From NCBI GenBank assembly GCA_035084275.1, contig CM068745.1:33294001-33358000 (forward strand): DNA of 64,000 nucleotides. The letters run 5' to 3'. Both the position numbers and the translations under genes were made by a program. Source of the DNA: Hydrolagus colliei. Lineage: Eukaryota. Of this stretch, positions 38,629 to 53,432 are shown one piece after another (within the stretch, counting starts at the first letter, position 1; every line of letters starts with the position of its first letter). The notes below the pieces were generated by a model. The model ran no database searches. It was given only the letters and a program-made list of their open reading frames with translations, and had not been told where the DNA came from.

Positions 38629-41326
38629 TCATTAATCTTGAATGTAAATGTATGACTGAGCACATTTAATCCTACTGCACAAAGATATTTATTTTGTTTC
38701 ACCCACAAAATATATTTCACTTTACAGTAAGTGCTTGCAGACGTCTCAAAGACGCGATGAAGCGCTATATCAAATGCAAGGATTATATACGTTTATTACC
38801 AAGTAAAAACAGCATCACAACATTTTTGGGTGGAATCTTTGTGTAAAATAGATCAAATTGTGTCAGTGGCCATACAAACATCACACACAAGCCACAAAGT
38901 ATCAAATTTGAGAGAATTATTGTAATTGTCAATTGTTGTTGCTTCTTGGGCTGATCATTTTGTTATTGGTGCATTGCCACGATTTATAAAAGTTGCTTTT
39001 GAATCCCGGAATGATGCTTTCTACACCTTAAATTGATAAAGATTTATTTAATTGCACAGGTGCTTGGAAGATTGTATTTTGGGAATATTGTCTGACAGTG
39101 ATTAATGTCTGAACTGAACTTGGAATTTGTTTATTAGCTGCATCAAGCACAACAAATGCACACTCACCATATGAAGGAATGTTTAAGCTAATAGTCCTGC
39201 CACACTTGTCAAAAGCAGATATTTGCTCATGGGGCTCACATTATACATTTAACTATTTTCTTCTTATAATTCCTTGTACATTTGATTGAAGCCGTCAGTT
39301 CACTTGTGCATTTTATCTATAAACTTCTCGTTAAGCTTGGCAGGTAACATATGGCAGACCTTTTACAGATTGTTGTGTAAAATACCATCAATCTTGACTT
39401 AAAGGACTAAGGTAATAATACAAGGAAAGTAAATAAAAATTGCCAAATTGATAGATAATTGTTTGCTACAGTGCAAACACTGCATATGGATCCTACTGAT
39501 TGAAGAAGATCACTGAACTAATGCAGGGTTAATGCAGCCTCATGGCTTTGGCTTTTGATTTTGTGTTTAGATATGGAGGGAACAATGGACTGGCATTATT
39601 AAATTAAATTATAGTTAAACCTTTGGTAATATTTCAAGTTTGCCTTTGTTTTGGATGCCAAATGTTTGACGGATCCAAAGCCAGTGTTCAGTGGAACGTG
39701 AATCTTCCATTCCTAACATTTGCTAGCTGTGACTCCAGCTGATCATAGTTAATCTTTATTGATAGAGATACATTCATGTTTCTATTTCTACACATTTCTG
39801 CAAAAAATTATTTTTGCGTATTGTAAAAAGCTTCATTGACAAGGCCTTTAGATATTAGATGGGAGTAACCAATTAAATAACCATTTAAGGCATAAGAAAG
39901 AGAGGATTGAAGGAGCACGGGAATACGGCAAAGCGGAGTGATTAATTGATTTTGCTCTGTCAGCTGGTGTGGATCTGATGGGCCGAATTTGTAATATTTT
40001 TCAGTTCAAGGCACATGTATTAGTAAGTTTCTTTATTATCAACTCAAAGCGCTCCAATCCACTAACTAACCATGTACAATAATTTGTTCCACTCCCAGTG
40101 TCCTTTTGTAATTTCTGTTTTTATCTAATCAGCTCTTTCATTTTTCTTGGATTGTTAAAAGGGATATTCTACAGCCTTCTTCTGCCTGTAGATTTCTATG
40201 TTTCAGTTCACCACCCCTCACCCTCTTCTGAAGGGACCTGACTGCATTAGTTTCTACTGTACTGGTTTCACAGGCACCAGTCATTCTTTGGTAATTCACA
40301 CAAATGATCTACATGTGAGCTTTGATAGTGAGTATTGGCATCTTTTTTTGACTGCCAATGTATTACAAGCAATGATGATCCTGTCTTCACTCAACATTCA
40401 GCTATGCTGTAGCAACCCAATTATTGCCGCATTTGGGATCATTTTATTCATCATTCATAATGGGATTATAGAAATGGCACTTTTCAATACAGGCTAGGCC
40501 TAAATTTTTAAAATCAAAATAAGTAAATAATCACCAAATATTTACACTATTTAATTATTTTTTGAATTACTAACTACATCTGCCTCCTCTATCCCCTGAG
40601 TAATCTATTTCATATACTCATCACACTGCTATGTGTGAAGTAATGAAATCTGAACTGTTTCTTCACAATCTTATCATTGAGGAACATGCAGGTGGTGATA
40701 GCTGACTAAACCAATGTTCTAAACACACAATGTTAGGTTCCTGAGCTTAAGAGGAGGGTTTGGAGTAGCAAGGAATCGTGGAGTGTATACATTAGAGAAG
40801 AGGTGATTAAGGGCTTTTGGGATCCTAAAGGACAGATTAGATTAATTCCAATACTATCTTCAACATAGAGTAATTAAGAATATCGACACATGTATCGACA
40901 CATGTATCCACACCATGCTTAAAAGTATCCAAACCAAACTGAGAATTCCATGCATCCCATCTATACATGGAAATTCCAGAGTTAGATTGTTGGAATGGGA
41001 TGTGCACTAATTCCCTGGAGGGACTCATCCTGAATACCTAATTCCTTGAAGTATAAAGTGCGGGTTGGCAAGAGTCAAGGCTTGCGGACCCTAGAGTGAT
41101 GGGATACAGCTGGAATCTAACCCAAACTGCATAGCTTGGCATTGATGTCAGTGTCTGGCAAGCTTTCCCGCTGTGTATCAAGCTAGGACCACCATCTCCT
41201 TTCGGGCTTTGGCTTCCCGGGTTAGTAGGAGCTGAGTGGGATGATTTCCTTCCCCCAGTGGCTGGTCTGCCCTTCCCAGTCCTGGTGAGCTATGCTGTCA
41301 GCATCGGTACCCTGGAGTTTAGACCT

Positions 41327-42760
41327 AAATGGAAAATAGAAGCCCATGTTATTAAAGGGACAGTGGCAGCATGGATCCAGAACTGGCTGGGAGACCGAGA
41401 GCAGTGAGTTCCGGTGAACTGTTGTTTTTCTGACCAGAAGGAAGTGTACAGGGGCGCCCAGAGATAGGCATTTGGACCACTGCTCTTTTAAAAATATATA
41501 AATGATCTGGACTTGGGTATCGGGAGTACAATTTCCAAGTTTGCAGATAATACCAAGTTTGGAAAAGTGGTAAATAGTGAAGAGGATAGTAGCAGACTGC
41601 AAGAGGACAGAATACAGACGATAGACAGAATGGTAAAATGGGCCTCATGGCAGATGAACTTTAATGTGGAGAAATATGAGGTGATGAATTTTGCGAGGAA
41701 GAATGAGAAGAGGCAATATAGACTAAATAGTACAATCTTAAGGGTGTGAAGGAACAGAGAGAACTGGTGATTCATGGTAGTAAATCTCTTGAAGGTGGCA
41801 GGACAGGTAGATAAGACTGTTAAATATGGGATACCAGGCTTTATAAATAGGGGCATAGAGTACAAAAGTCAGGAAATTATGATTATCCGGTATAAAAGGA
41901 TGATTAGGCCTCAGCTAGAGTACCGTGTTCAGTTCTGGGCACTTTAGGAAAGATGTTAGTGCAGAGGAGATTTACCAGGGTGGTACCAGGAATGAGGGAC
42001 TTTGGTTGTGAGGAAAAGATGGAGAGACTAGGATTATTCCCATTCGAGCAGAGAAGGTTTAGAGGTGACCTAATAGAGCTCATGTAGCTCAGTAGTTAGA
42101 GCACTCGCCTTATAAGCATGAGACCTGTGTTCGAATCCAGATAGATCAGGGCGAAACCTTGGGCACGTTTCCTTACTCCACATGCCTAATAATAATCCGT
42201 AGAAAAACTCCACAATATAAAAAATTGGTCATTTCCAATCCATGACTGTTTGTGAGACACTGCTGTGCGCAATTGGCTGCCACGTTTCATCCACAAATAT
42301 ACAGTCAATTCACTTTACAGTTTATTCTGTGAAGCGCTTTGAGACATCGATAAGATGTGAAAAGCGCTATATCAAATGCAAGGATTATTATTGTTATTTA
42401 TTATTATAGAGATTTTCAAAATCATGAGGGGATAAGGTAAATGGGGAAAAACTATTTCCACCAGTGGTTGTGTCGGTGACTCGAAGTCACAGATTTAAAA
42501 TAATTTCTAAAAGAAGCAGAGGGGAGGTGAGAAGAATTTTTTTTACGCAGTGACTTGTTTGAATCTGGAATGTATTGCCTGAGGCTGATTCGATAATAAC
42601 TTTTAAAAGTTGGTTATTTGTTATTTGTGGAGGACCGGTTTGCGGTGTTATGGGGAGAGAGCTGTGGAGTGGGATTGATTTGAGCTCTTTTCAAAGAGCT
42701 GGCATATACTCGATGGGTGGTTGAATGGCCTCCTTTTGTGCTGTAAAATTCTATGATTCT
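41327..42760 (+). mobile_element. CR1 LINE 3' portion (RT end and 3' UTR) interrupted by a SINE
   Basis: ISKFADNTKFG, WQMNFNVEKYEVM, RPQLEYRVQFWA; CR1-type terminal octamer ATTCTATGATTCT at ~42748-42760. Confidence 0.92.
42083..42406 (+). mobile_element. tRNA-derived SINE inserted into CR1
   Basis: TAGCTCAGTAG A box, GTTCGAATCC B box, (ATT)n tail; ATAGAG occurs on both sides. Confidence 0.9.
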
Positions 42761-44285
42761 TTGAAATGGCAAACCATTGAATTGAACAATCGATTGGAAT
42801 GATTTTTATTGAGTATGTGTTATAGATAGACTGAATTAATGTAATTGTTCTGTCAGAGATGATTTCATAGGTTGTGATTCTTTAGCCTTACTGACTTTTT
42901 TTCAATTTGCGCATAACAAATAGCATTAACACCAAATTATAGAACTAATTTTCTCCTTAATAGTTACATATTTATAATTCGGGTTTTTCACCACATGCTA
43001 GCTTCACAGGATATAAGCAGGGTCAATAGAAAATTGAGGAAATATTTGCATAAAACAGAGAGAGACACTCACACACACAGAGACACACATTTGCAGCCAG
43101 AATCATAACCCACATATATACAGAGAGACTCTCATACTCACTGACAAACACACACACATTCATATAAACAGCAGAGTCACACAGAAACATTCACATTGAG
43201 ACACTCACAAACATACAAGGAGAGAGACCCACACTGACATACTCACACACATACAAGAGGAGAGACATACAAATGATCTTAACAGTGGGGCCTTGGGGTA
43301 GAGTGAAGCCCATATCCCACTTGCATTGCACATGTGCATCCGGAGACGATTCATGCACAGCCGTGTCCGGTAAACAGCCGACAGTAGCGTGCAGAGGCCT
43401 GTGGCTAAGAAAACTGCATTTGTTTTTACAGGTTTTTAGTGGATGGTGCTGTTTATAGTTGAAGAACAACTTAACAACAACTTGCACTTATATAACAACC
43501 TCCACGTAGAGTAGCGTGTATCAGAATGCTTAAAAGTCTTGTTTATATTGGAGGTGGCTGTTTGTATAGGAACATGCTTTTCCTATAAAAATGCAGAGGA
43601 TTCCCCAGAAAGATTTTGGCCACACTTTTCTATTCCAGGATATAAGGTACCTTTGTGTATGAACCTGGTCAGTTTCTAGTATCTTGCTTGAGATTATAAT
43701 AGAGGTGTGCATGCAGAAGGTCTTCAGCAATTTGATTTTATTCTTCCAGAATACTGAATCAATCTTATTGTCTTCCTATTTACAGCAGCAAACAGTTTCT
43801 TAAGATCTGATGGAACAATCCCTCAAATTACCCACGGACGTGCTCCAAGGGGAAAAAAATGAAAAGCTGTATTGAAGTATCAGCTACACTATTAGAAAAG
43901 TGTTACACTACACTTAACAGTACAGCAACATGCATACAACCTAAAGTAACCCTCAGAGTGATCTCGGCCAATGGTGGCCAACCCATGGCCGGTGAGCATA
44001 AATCAATAAATATTTCATCAAGAAAATGTATTTTGTTGGCAGAATAAAAATGTTGGCCACTACTGAGCTGGACACTGAATATAGTAGAAGAAAATATGCC
44101 TTTCACATCGTCCCGACGTGAAATGAATATAATTTTGTTGCTGTTTGTTGTTGAAAAGCGCCTTAGCTGGAGGATTCCAACAATGATCTAGAAAGCCAAA
44201 CAAACACTATGATAGCATGGTGTAAAGAATAAAATTAAAGAATTAGGCGAGTGTTACAAAACAAGCTCTAAAGCAGAACTATAAT

Positions 44286-45255
44286 AACATCAACAACAAC
44301 CTACTACTACTAATAATCCATGCATTTATCTGGAGTCCCCCACGCTGGTCTCAAAGCACTTCACAGGGGAGGAGCCCGAGGCTGAGCCAGAGGGAGGGGA
44401 AGGTGCCCGTAAGCGCGGTCGAAGAGAAAGGACTTCAGGTGTGACCTGAAGATGGGAAAGGAGTGGGCGAGACGAAGGGATTGAGGGAGGGAATTCCAAG
44501 GTTTGGGGATCTAGTGATGAAAGCACAGCTACCAATGGTGGAATGGAGGATACGGGGGACAATTTGGAAGCTGGACCCAGTAGGGTGGTGGGAGTGGGTA
44601 CTGCTGTGTGGAGAGAGGAGTTTAGAGAGTTAGGGGGATACAGAAGAATGGAGGAAGTTAAACACAAGAGTGAGTATCTTGAAGTCAATCTACTGTGTAA
44701 CAGGGAACCAGTGCAGTGTGGTAAGGACTGGGGTAATTGAGGTATGAAGTTTGGTGCAGGTGAGAATGCGGGCAGCGGAGTTTTGTATGAGCTGAATTTT
44801 GTGGATGGTGGATGAGGGGAGACCAATAAGGAGGGCATTAGAGTAGTCCAGCCAAGAGGTGACAAATGCATGGACCAGGGCTTCAGCAACTGTTGGGATG
44901 AGGTATTGATGGAGACAGGCAATATACTGGAAATGGAAAAAAGCGGTGAGGGACCAGATGTGGGACAGGAAGGATAACGGGATGGAACCTGACGCCTACC
45001 TTGCACATGAGTTCGGAGAGTTTTAAGGACAGGTCAGGTAGGTTAAGATGGTTAGAACCATGGGACAGAAGACATCAATGGCAGCCAAAGAGTATGGCTG
45101 CTTTATTGTTGACGCTTAACTGCCGGAAATTTGCACTCATCCATCCAGCACTTGGTGTTTGACAGACAAGCTAACAGAACATCAGGGTACTGGAGGTAGA
45201 AAAGTAGAGTTGGGTATCATCTGCATACATGTGGAAGTAAACTCTGTTTGCAGAT
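44286..45255 (-). mobile_element. Decayed L2 LINE 3' fragment
   Basis: Reverse reading gives FHMYADDTQLY at ~45205-45240 and the L2 C-terminal motifs; (CAA)n/(CTA)n tail. Confidence 0.88.
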
Positions 45256-45673
45256 AACAGAGAGGCGATTTGTGAAGTAGGGTTCAAACCAAACGACTGG
45301 GTGTAACATGCTAATTTATATTAGCATACCAATGTACCATGTGGGGTAGTTTTCCTGTAGCTAGCCAGAATAAGCTACAAGACAGAGCATAAGAATGACT
45401 TGAGTTAACTAGCATATCACTGCTTTAAGAATTCATGATAGAAGAGGGTCCATATTTGCATCAGACCTGCTTAATTAGATAGATAATTAGGCACAGCTGA
45501 GAAGTGTACAAGGTCCAAGCAAGTTAATGATGAACTGAATGGAAACCGACAGGAAGAAAACTGTGAAAGGCAACTAGCTACAACAACAACAACAAAATTG
45601 CATTTATAGAGAGCATTTCAAGTTGAAAGGATGTCCCAAGGCGCTGAAAAGCTAAGCAATGAAACCCACGCCA

Positions 45674-45972
45674 TAATAATAATCCTTGCATTTGATTTTC
45701 ATATCCTCTAGATGCCTCTGCTTTTCATTTCCTCTAGATGTCTCAAAGTGCTTCACAGATCATACTGTAAAGGTAATTGACTGTATATATGTGGACAAAA
45801 CGCAGCAGCCAATATTGCACAGCAGTGTCCCACAAAGAGTCATGGATTGAAATTACCAAAACATTTTTAGGGATTATTATTAGGAGTAAGGAAACTTGCC
45901 CACGGTTTCACCCTGCCTGGAATTGAACCCATGTCTCTCATTTGTAAGGCAAATGCTCTAACCACTGAGCTA
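45674..45972 (-). mobile_element. tRNA-derived SINE
   Basis: Head gctctaaccactgagcta; tail ataataatccttgcatttga. Confidence 0.85.
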
Positions 45973-45994
45973 TTTCTCCACCTCATTTTGTGAC

Positions 45995-46880
45995 CCCCTG
46001 ATGTTCTGTCAGACATCAGAAGCTGGATGAGCGTGAATTTCCTGCAGCTGAATGTTGACAAGATGGAAGCCATACTCTTTGGCTCTCGTCAACGTCTTCA
46101 ATCACATGGCTCTCATCTCCACCTACCCGACCTACCCCTAAAACTCTCCAAACCTATACGTGACCTTGGAGTCAGGTTCAACCCACAACTGTCCTTCCTG
46201 CCCCACATCCGGTCCCTCACCAGCACCGCTTTTTTCCACCTACAATATATTGCCCGTCTCCGGTAATATCTTGCCACAAAAGCCGTTGAAACTCTGGTCC
46301 GTGCCTTTGTCACCTCTCGGCTGGACTACTCAAATACCCTCTTTGCCGGTCTCCCCTCCACCACAATCTATAAAATCCAGCTCATACAGAACTCTGCCGC
46401 CCGCATTCTCACCCACACTAAACTTCGCTTCCCCATCACCCCTGTCCCGGAGAGGATTGATTTCAAATTTCTCCACTCCTCTGCACCTCCCTAACTCTCT
46501 GGACTCTTCTCTCCTCAAACCAGCACCCGTTGCCTTCGCTCCTCCAGTTTTGGTCTCCTTTTTGACATCCTGCCAACATGATGAAAGGCGCTCTTAATGG
46601 AATTTTGTTGTTGTTGTTGTCCCCCGAATCCTCTGCTCCACCATCGGTGGCTGTGTCTTCAGCCACTGCACCCCGAAACTCTAGAACTCCCTTCCTCACT
46701 CCCTTTGCCTCACCCGCTTTCTTTCTAGTTTCAGGTCTCGGCTAAAGACCTTTCTTTTCGACCGCGCCTTCAGTCAGCTTTTTCCCTCTGCCCCTGGCTC
46801 GGCCCCAGGATCCGTTAATGTGAAGTACTCTGAGACGCCGTCCGGCATGGAGGGCGCTATATAAATCAAAGTTGTTGTTG
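45995..46880 (+). mobile_element. L2 LINE 3' fragment containing a second short (GTT)n-tailed insertion at ~46563-46620
   Basis: WMSVNFLQLNVDKMEAILFGS, RDLGVRFNPQLSFLPHI; terminal agggcgctatataaatcaaagttgttgttg. Confidence 0.9.
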
Positions 46881-49500
46881 GTTTTTTTGTATATACAGGA
46901 CTCCACAGCATTAGCGCTGCGGAACAAAAAGTGGAGAATAGCTGAGCTATCAATAGCTCAGAAGCTATTGATAAATATTTTATTTAAAAGTTGCTTCATT
47001 CCTCCCCAAATGTAATAAGAGTCTAGATAGGTGACCTAGTAATGGTTTTCTCTCAGTACTGTTCTTGAAACAACTGCTGTAAACAGGAGCCCTGAGCGTG
47101 GTTGTCACCCTTTAACATTCCTCTAGGAAACAAGCTCACCTTCACTATGTTTTTCTTCCATTTCTTTTCTTCACCACTGTTGTTAGCGGTCTGATTAAAA
47201 TCATGGAGATTGTGTAAATGGACCTGGGTACTGTGATTCTAGCAGGCTTTGCTAGTGCATCACTTCACTGGAATGCCAGACTGTCAAGTGTAGCACGGAT
47301 TAAAAATTAATGATGTAAAGAGGTGTTAAATCCCAGCACCGTTGCTTAATTAGATGACATAAGAATTAATCAAAGCAAGAAAGAATAAGACAGCCAAATG
47401 GAAATTGCAGATACATCAAATGAATAATATGGGGTAAAGAAACATCAAAGATAAATGAACAACAAAAGGAAATATGATAAATGACTAGCATCAGTAAAGC
47501 GATAAGGAACAAATTAAGAAATAGGATTGAGCTTCCTGCTCACCCTGACACTCGTTCAAGATCACAAGAAGCAGCAACAGCGCAGAAATACACCTGCTGC
47601 TGAAATCATTCACAGCTTCTGAAAAGAAAAGTCGAGTCTTGTGGCTCGATTTTAGTAAAATCGTTGAATTAAAGATGGAGAAATGTGCACTCATGCACAT
47701 TCATGCAGGAAAAATGAAATGTGTAACAATAAAAAGCAAAATGTGTTCAGGTGTTCTTGACCTTTAATCATTTCAAATAAATAGTTAATTGGAAGGTGGG
47801 GAAATGTGATTAAAATGGGAGGGTGGACAAATGCTTGATAGACTGAATAGTCAATGCTTGTTACTAAATTATCTTCATAACTGATAAAACCAGAGGATGC
47901 ACTATGCTGCTGTTAAATTAAAGTTTTTCACCCTATATGATATATTGGCAAGGTCACATATGGAATGCTATTTGAAATTAAGGACAGCCTTTCTTGAAAA
48001 AATACAAATTGAAAATGTATTGATTTATTTCATTTTAATCACAGAGCCTAAAATAAAAAAATGCTCCCCCTGGAATATGTGGACTCAATTTGTTGAACAA
48101 CCAGTCACTCTAAAGAAGAGCTAATTTCATATTTGATTAAGAGCACAGACTGTTGGTTTTGGGGACAGTAAAGGTTAGTTTGCATCTTAGCAAAGCAGTG
48201 GCGGTAGAAGTGGTCAATCTTTGACCTGAATCTTTGCATGTATACAGAAGACTCTTCATATTAAAACTGTTCACCCATGAGGGTATTGGTCTTGGTTGAC
48301 CTGGATCTTGTAGGAGCTCATTGAACATCTTATTTGGTCAACTGCAGTGCAGTATGGTGTAGCTTATATAGTGAATTCACATATGTGATAAAGGAATTAT
48401 ATTTAGCAAACATTTTAATGATAGCTCCATCCCCAAACTAAGTAAATTTGTAATTCTAGTAACACTAAACCATCACAAAGATACTTGAAATTAAATAAAA
48501 AGGACAGTTTTCCAATGTAATACCAAACTGAGGTAACCTCTATTCTGCGTCCCTTCACTGGTACAGGTTCACCAACTGTAGTCTTATTTCTTGTCATGAT
48601 ATTACCCATTTCCCATTTGGTGCTTGAGCACACAGTGTGACTGCGCTACCTACCTGAAATAGCAATTCACATAATCAATTCTGACCTCTGGAAACAAGTA
48701 TAGTGAACCTGTAAAACATTTTCATAAGTCTCCAAATATTTTAGTACTAGCTATTAATCAGAAATGTTTCAGCTCCCTTTCCACTGACCTTATTCTCTTT
48801 TGCTTGCACAAGCAGCAGAAGTTAATAAAAGGTTGGGAACAGGCTACAATGCACAGATTTATCACAATCAGCATGCGTTAATCATACATTGTGAGGCTAG
48901 CTGAGAGATTGTATGAAGAATAATTTGGTTTAACTTTGTGAAATCATATGGAATTCCATTACAAGGAAACTGGAAACACGTCATACTGATTCAGAGACAC
49001 AACACTTTATTCTCAGAACAGAGTGCCTATGATTTGGTTTCTCGTGTATGATGCATTTTTATTTACCAGAAAGAACCTGCACTCAGATTCCCTTAAAAGG
49101 ATCTCACTAGAAATCCCCACATATCAGATCCTGATAGAAACAGAAAGGATAAATAGAAAGATAAAAGAGCGACATTGTACAGAAATCAATAGAAAGGAAA
49201 CAAGGCGAAGGGAAGTAACTCTGAGTTATTCAAATAAAAAAGATCACAATGACTGGAAAGAACATACGATGTGACAGTTGAAAAAATGAGAAACAAATGG
49301 CTGGGAATTACAGCAGAAAGAAAAAACTAGAAAGCAGCAGTTAATTAACGAAGCTTGATTAGATAACAATTGAGGAAAATATCCACATAAATAAATAAAA
49401 CATGTGCAAATAGAACAAAGACAAAGTAGAGCAAGCAGAATCTGTAGAGAAAGTTCGCATTGCAACCTAAGGCTGGGATAGCATGTTATAATAATACTGT

Positions 49501-50203
49501 ATAATAATAATCCTTGAATTTGATATAGCGCTTTCTAGTGTCTGGCGATATATCGGTTATATCGGTATAATTTTTAATATCGATATGCCGATATTGGAAA
49601 TTCAAATATATCGGTATATCGAAAAATTCTGTATAGAAAAAATTGGTATATCGCAAATATCGGTATATTGTGTCTGGCGATATATTGATATATCGGTTAT
49701 ATCGGTATAAAGTGAACTTTTTCAACTTACCTTGTCGTCGGCATTGCAAACCTCCTGGGCCTAGAGCATGGAATGCGCGCACATATTGGAATGCGTGTGC
49801 ACACCTCCGAATGCGTGCACATACACAGGATAAAAAAAAAGGCGATATTGATATGTCGGTATATATCTATACAAGCCAACTGATATATCGATATCGGAAA
49901 ATTTCCATATCGACGGACCCAAGCGCTTTTCATGTCTTCTAGATGTCTCAAAGCACTTCACAAAATATACTGTAAAGTGAATTAACTGTATATATGTGGG
50001 CAAAACAAGCAGCCAATTGCACACAACAGTGTCCCACAAACAGTCGTGGATTGAAATGACCAATTTATTATTTTTTTTTTTTGAGGAATTATTATTAGGC
50101 ATGTGGAGTAAGGAAACTTGCCCAAGGTTTCACGCTGCCTGGAATTGATCCCAGGTCTCTCGCTTGTAAGGTGAGTGCTCTAACCACTGAGCTAAAGGAC
50201 TCC
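49501..50203 (-). mobile_element. tRNA-derived SINE interrupted by a MITE
   Basis: Tail at 49501-49535; body and head at 49923-50203 (ctctaaccactgagctaaaggactcc). Confidence 0.9.
49536..49922 (+). mobile_element. hAT MITE copy 2
   Basis: TAGTGTCTGGCGATAT...ATATCGACGGACCCAA; TSD GCGCTTTC / GCGCTTTT; internal sequence aligns with copy 1. Confidence 0.88.
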
Positions 50204-53137
50204 ACTATATCGTGGGAACAGCATTGCAACAGGACTGCAGTGTTTAAAAGGAAGCTAATTTGTTACCTATAAGGGTGAACAAGGTTAGATAATAACTGCC
50301 CATATAGGCAACAAGCCCATATCCTGAGAAATAAGTTAAAACAAACTTGTTTTGAACACATTCCATTATTCTGCAGGAATATCATTCTGTGGCATTCCAA
50401 TTGAATAAGACGAGAAAAAAAGACATTTAGCATTGTTTTAAGCCTCGCCTTCCAGATAATATTAAAGGCTCGGGTATGTATTTTCCACCTATTTATATTA
50501 CTGTAAAGGAGCCTCATCATTACAAATTCTGTCACCTTTTTCCCTGATCCTCATAAATTTTAACTCTAGTCAATGGAAGAGCTCAGATATATATGTTGCA
50601 CCCTTATTAAGGTTGATGTGTCCCATCTCTGTGACTTTCTAACAACGCAGTTTAAGTATCTACAGGGAAACCGTTTGCCTACCTCGGTCAACTAACCTGC
50701 TGACTAAATTTGAGATTGAATGATTTCAAGATACATTATTTTTTTTAAAAAATAACCCTGGGGTTTATGTAAGAAGACTCTGAGTGTACTCATCCAGTAA
50801 TCCTTTGAGTTACACCTTGACATGTATCTGAAAGATTGCCTCTGTGAAAACTTATATGTCGATCAACATTGAACAAGAGTAAAGATAGAATTTAATGTTG
50901 ATCCTAACGAATAAATTAGAGCTAATGAATGGCTGCTTGTTTTCATGTCTGCCAAAAAGTTAAATATACTGTATATGTGTCCACAAGGAACTATTAAAGC
51001 AGATTGACAATTGAATAATGCTAACCAGCAAGCATTCTGAAAGATTGGGAAAGCTGTCTAGAGTACTAGCTTAATTACTGTACTACTCAATGAAGAAAAG
51101 CAAGATACAAAATGAAACACAATCATTCTAGTTCAACAAGTTTAATTTCTATGCATAAATACTGAGCCTATCAGAGCAGTGAAACAATGGCACTTAATTA
51201 CCTTTCTGAAATAATATCTAAAACAAAACACAAATCTGCCAGGTCAAAACCTCCCAAATAGTTGTGTAAATCCACCCTGTAAGCATTTAATTGAGGCTTT
51301 TTATCATTCTAAATGAAATATTTAATTAATTTCACTTCTTTTCTGAAAATGTGAATTCCATTTCATAAGGAATTATGGAAATTGTACTATTTATTTGATG
51401 CAATTTAGACATTCTAATCACTCCTGCTCTTCCTCCAAGGGAATTGAGAATTTCATCAGAGAAGATCTGTGTTAGTAGTTACAATACTGTATTATTCATT
51501 TCAAACCACATTGTGGTCTAATTTACAATATTTCTTAATAGACTTTTTCCAATATGAAAGTTGTAATTAGCCAACTTATAAAATAGTAAATCTGTGGAAG
51601 AATCATTCATATTCAATGTTTTAGAAGTTCAATAATGCCACATTTTTGCTAAGAAACCTATTAAAAATTACTGAGTGAAGAATGAGATATGTGACATAAT
51701 AATTATCCCCAAATAGGTCAAGCCATTGAATAATTATCAATTAAAGCTTCCTGTGGCCAGATTTGCCCACGAATGCCCGCCAACATTGTAGCCGTCCATT
51801 ACAATACAAAACAAGTTTATATTTGTGTGGCTCCTTTTGTGTTGGGAGTACATCCCAAGTCGCTTATTACAGCTGCTGTTTAAATTCCACGCTTCCAAAT
51901 GGTGGAACCATCACTCAATGTCATGTTGAACTGTGTTGTCCACTGGGAAGTTTGCAGGAAGTCCCTTGTACCTACCATCCATCTGGTGAGGGCTCAAACA
52001 CACACTTGTCGGATGTCAAAAGACCAACAGGTGACTGTCCTCCTTGGGAGGAGGTAAGCAGTGTCTCCTTGTAGCTGAAATGGTTCCAAGGTGACATGCC
52101 TGGCAATGGAATGTTGGAAGCGAGTCGGCCCTCTGTGGCGGTCTTGGTTGTAAGCCATATGAGTCTGCAGTATTCCAGGGCACTGCTGTTGACAGCACAG
52201 CCAGTCTGGCTCATCAGCAGGATATGGAAGGGCAAACCAGGCGCTGGGGTGAAGGGAACATCCCACTCAGCTCCTGTTACCCCTGTAAGCTAAAGCCCAA
52301 ATGGGTAGGGTAGTCCTCGCTGGACATGCAGTGGAAAAGCTTGCCAGACAGTAATATCAATCGCAAGTTATCCTGTTTTAGTTGGTTAGACTCCAGCAAT
52401 ACTCAAGCGAGGACTGGGGTCCCCAAATGTTGGATCTTGCCAACCCATGTACAATACCTTTGTAAGATTCTGTAATTAAAATGTTAAATATCTCAAATTA
52501 TATTAGCGATATATATAAATATATATACATATATTTGAGATGTAAGATCAATCACATATGATAGCGATTGGTTGTGACTAGCTTCGAAGAACAAAAAAAA
52601 GACTGTTTATCAATTACATACTGTTTTCAGTCCTTATCAGTAATTTTCTCATGGAAAAAATAGCCTACAACTGGAGAAAGAGCTGTGTTGCATTTGTTTT
52701 TACAAACGAACCATCTTGCAAAACACAATAGATGAAAGATCACCTAATGAACTGCAAAAACAGAAATGGATTCAGAAGAGTATCAGAAGAAAGTATTGAT
52801 ACCTAGAAGAAACTATTGAAGAAGAGGAATTGAATTTGACGTGCCATAATAGAATTTGGACATGTGATGATATCTGGATACTTTCGGATGACGGAACATA
52901 CAATACCTGCATACTTTTGGATATCGAACTGGAAACTGTGCAACAATACTTGGATACCATTTGATGGACTTTCAATTGGTTATTAAATTGGACAATGCTA
53001 CTCTATGTCTCCTGCAGCAAATAGTTTCAACTTAATTCATTGTAAACTTTGTGTCAATACATAAGCATTATTGTGATGTATTCTTTCAGTTACTTATAAC
53101 TGTTACAAGGTTAATCTGAATTAATAAACAGTGAAGT

Positions 53138-53432
53138 GGTGTCCTATAGTTCAGTGGTTAGAGCACTTGCCATGCAAGCGTGAGACCTGTGTTCGAATCC
53201 AGGCAGGTCAGGGCGAAACCTTGGGCAAGTTTCATTACTCCACATACCTGATAATAATTCCTCAAAAAAAATCCACAATAATTAAATTGGCAATTTTAAT
53301 CCAGAACTGTTTGTGGGACACTGCTGTGCACAAATATATGGTCAATTCACTTTACAGTACATTCTGTGAAGTGCTTTGAGACATTTAGAAGACGTGAAAA
53401 GCGCTATATCAAAATGCAGGGGTTATTATTAT
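53138..53432 (+). mobile_element. tRNA-derived SINE
   Basis: TAGTTCAGTGG A box, TGC anticodon loop, GTTCGAATCC B box, family tail. Confidence 0.9.

Noticed and set aside
51760-52460. GC-richer block with several short ORFs, possibly a retroelement 5' UTR
   Set aside because: No motif or second copy in the window allows classification.
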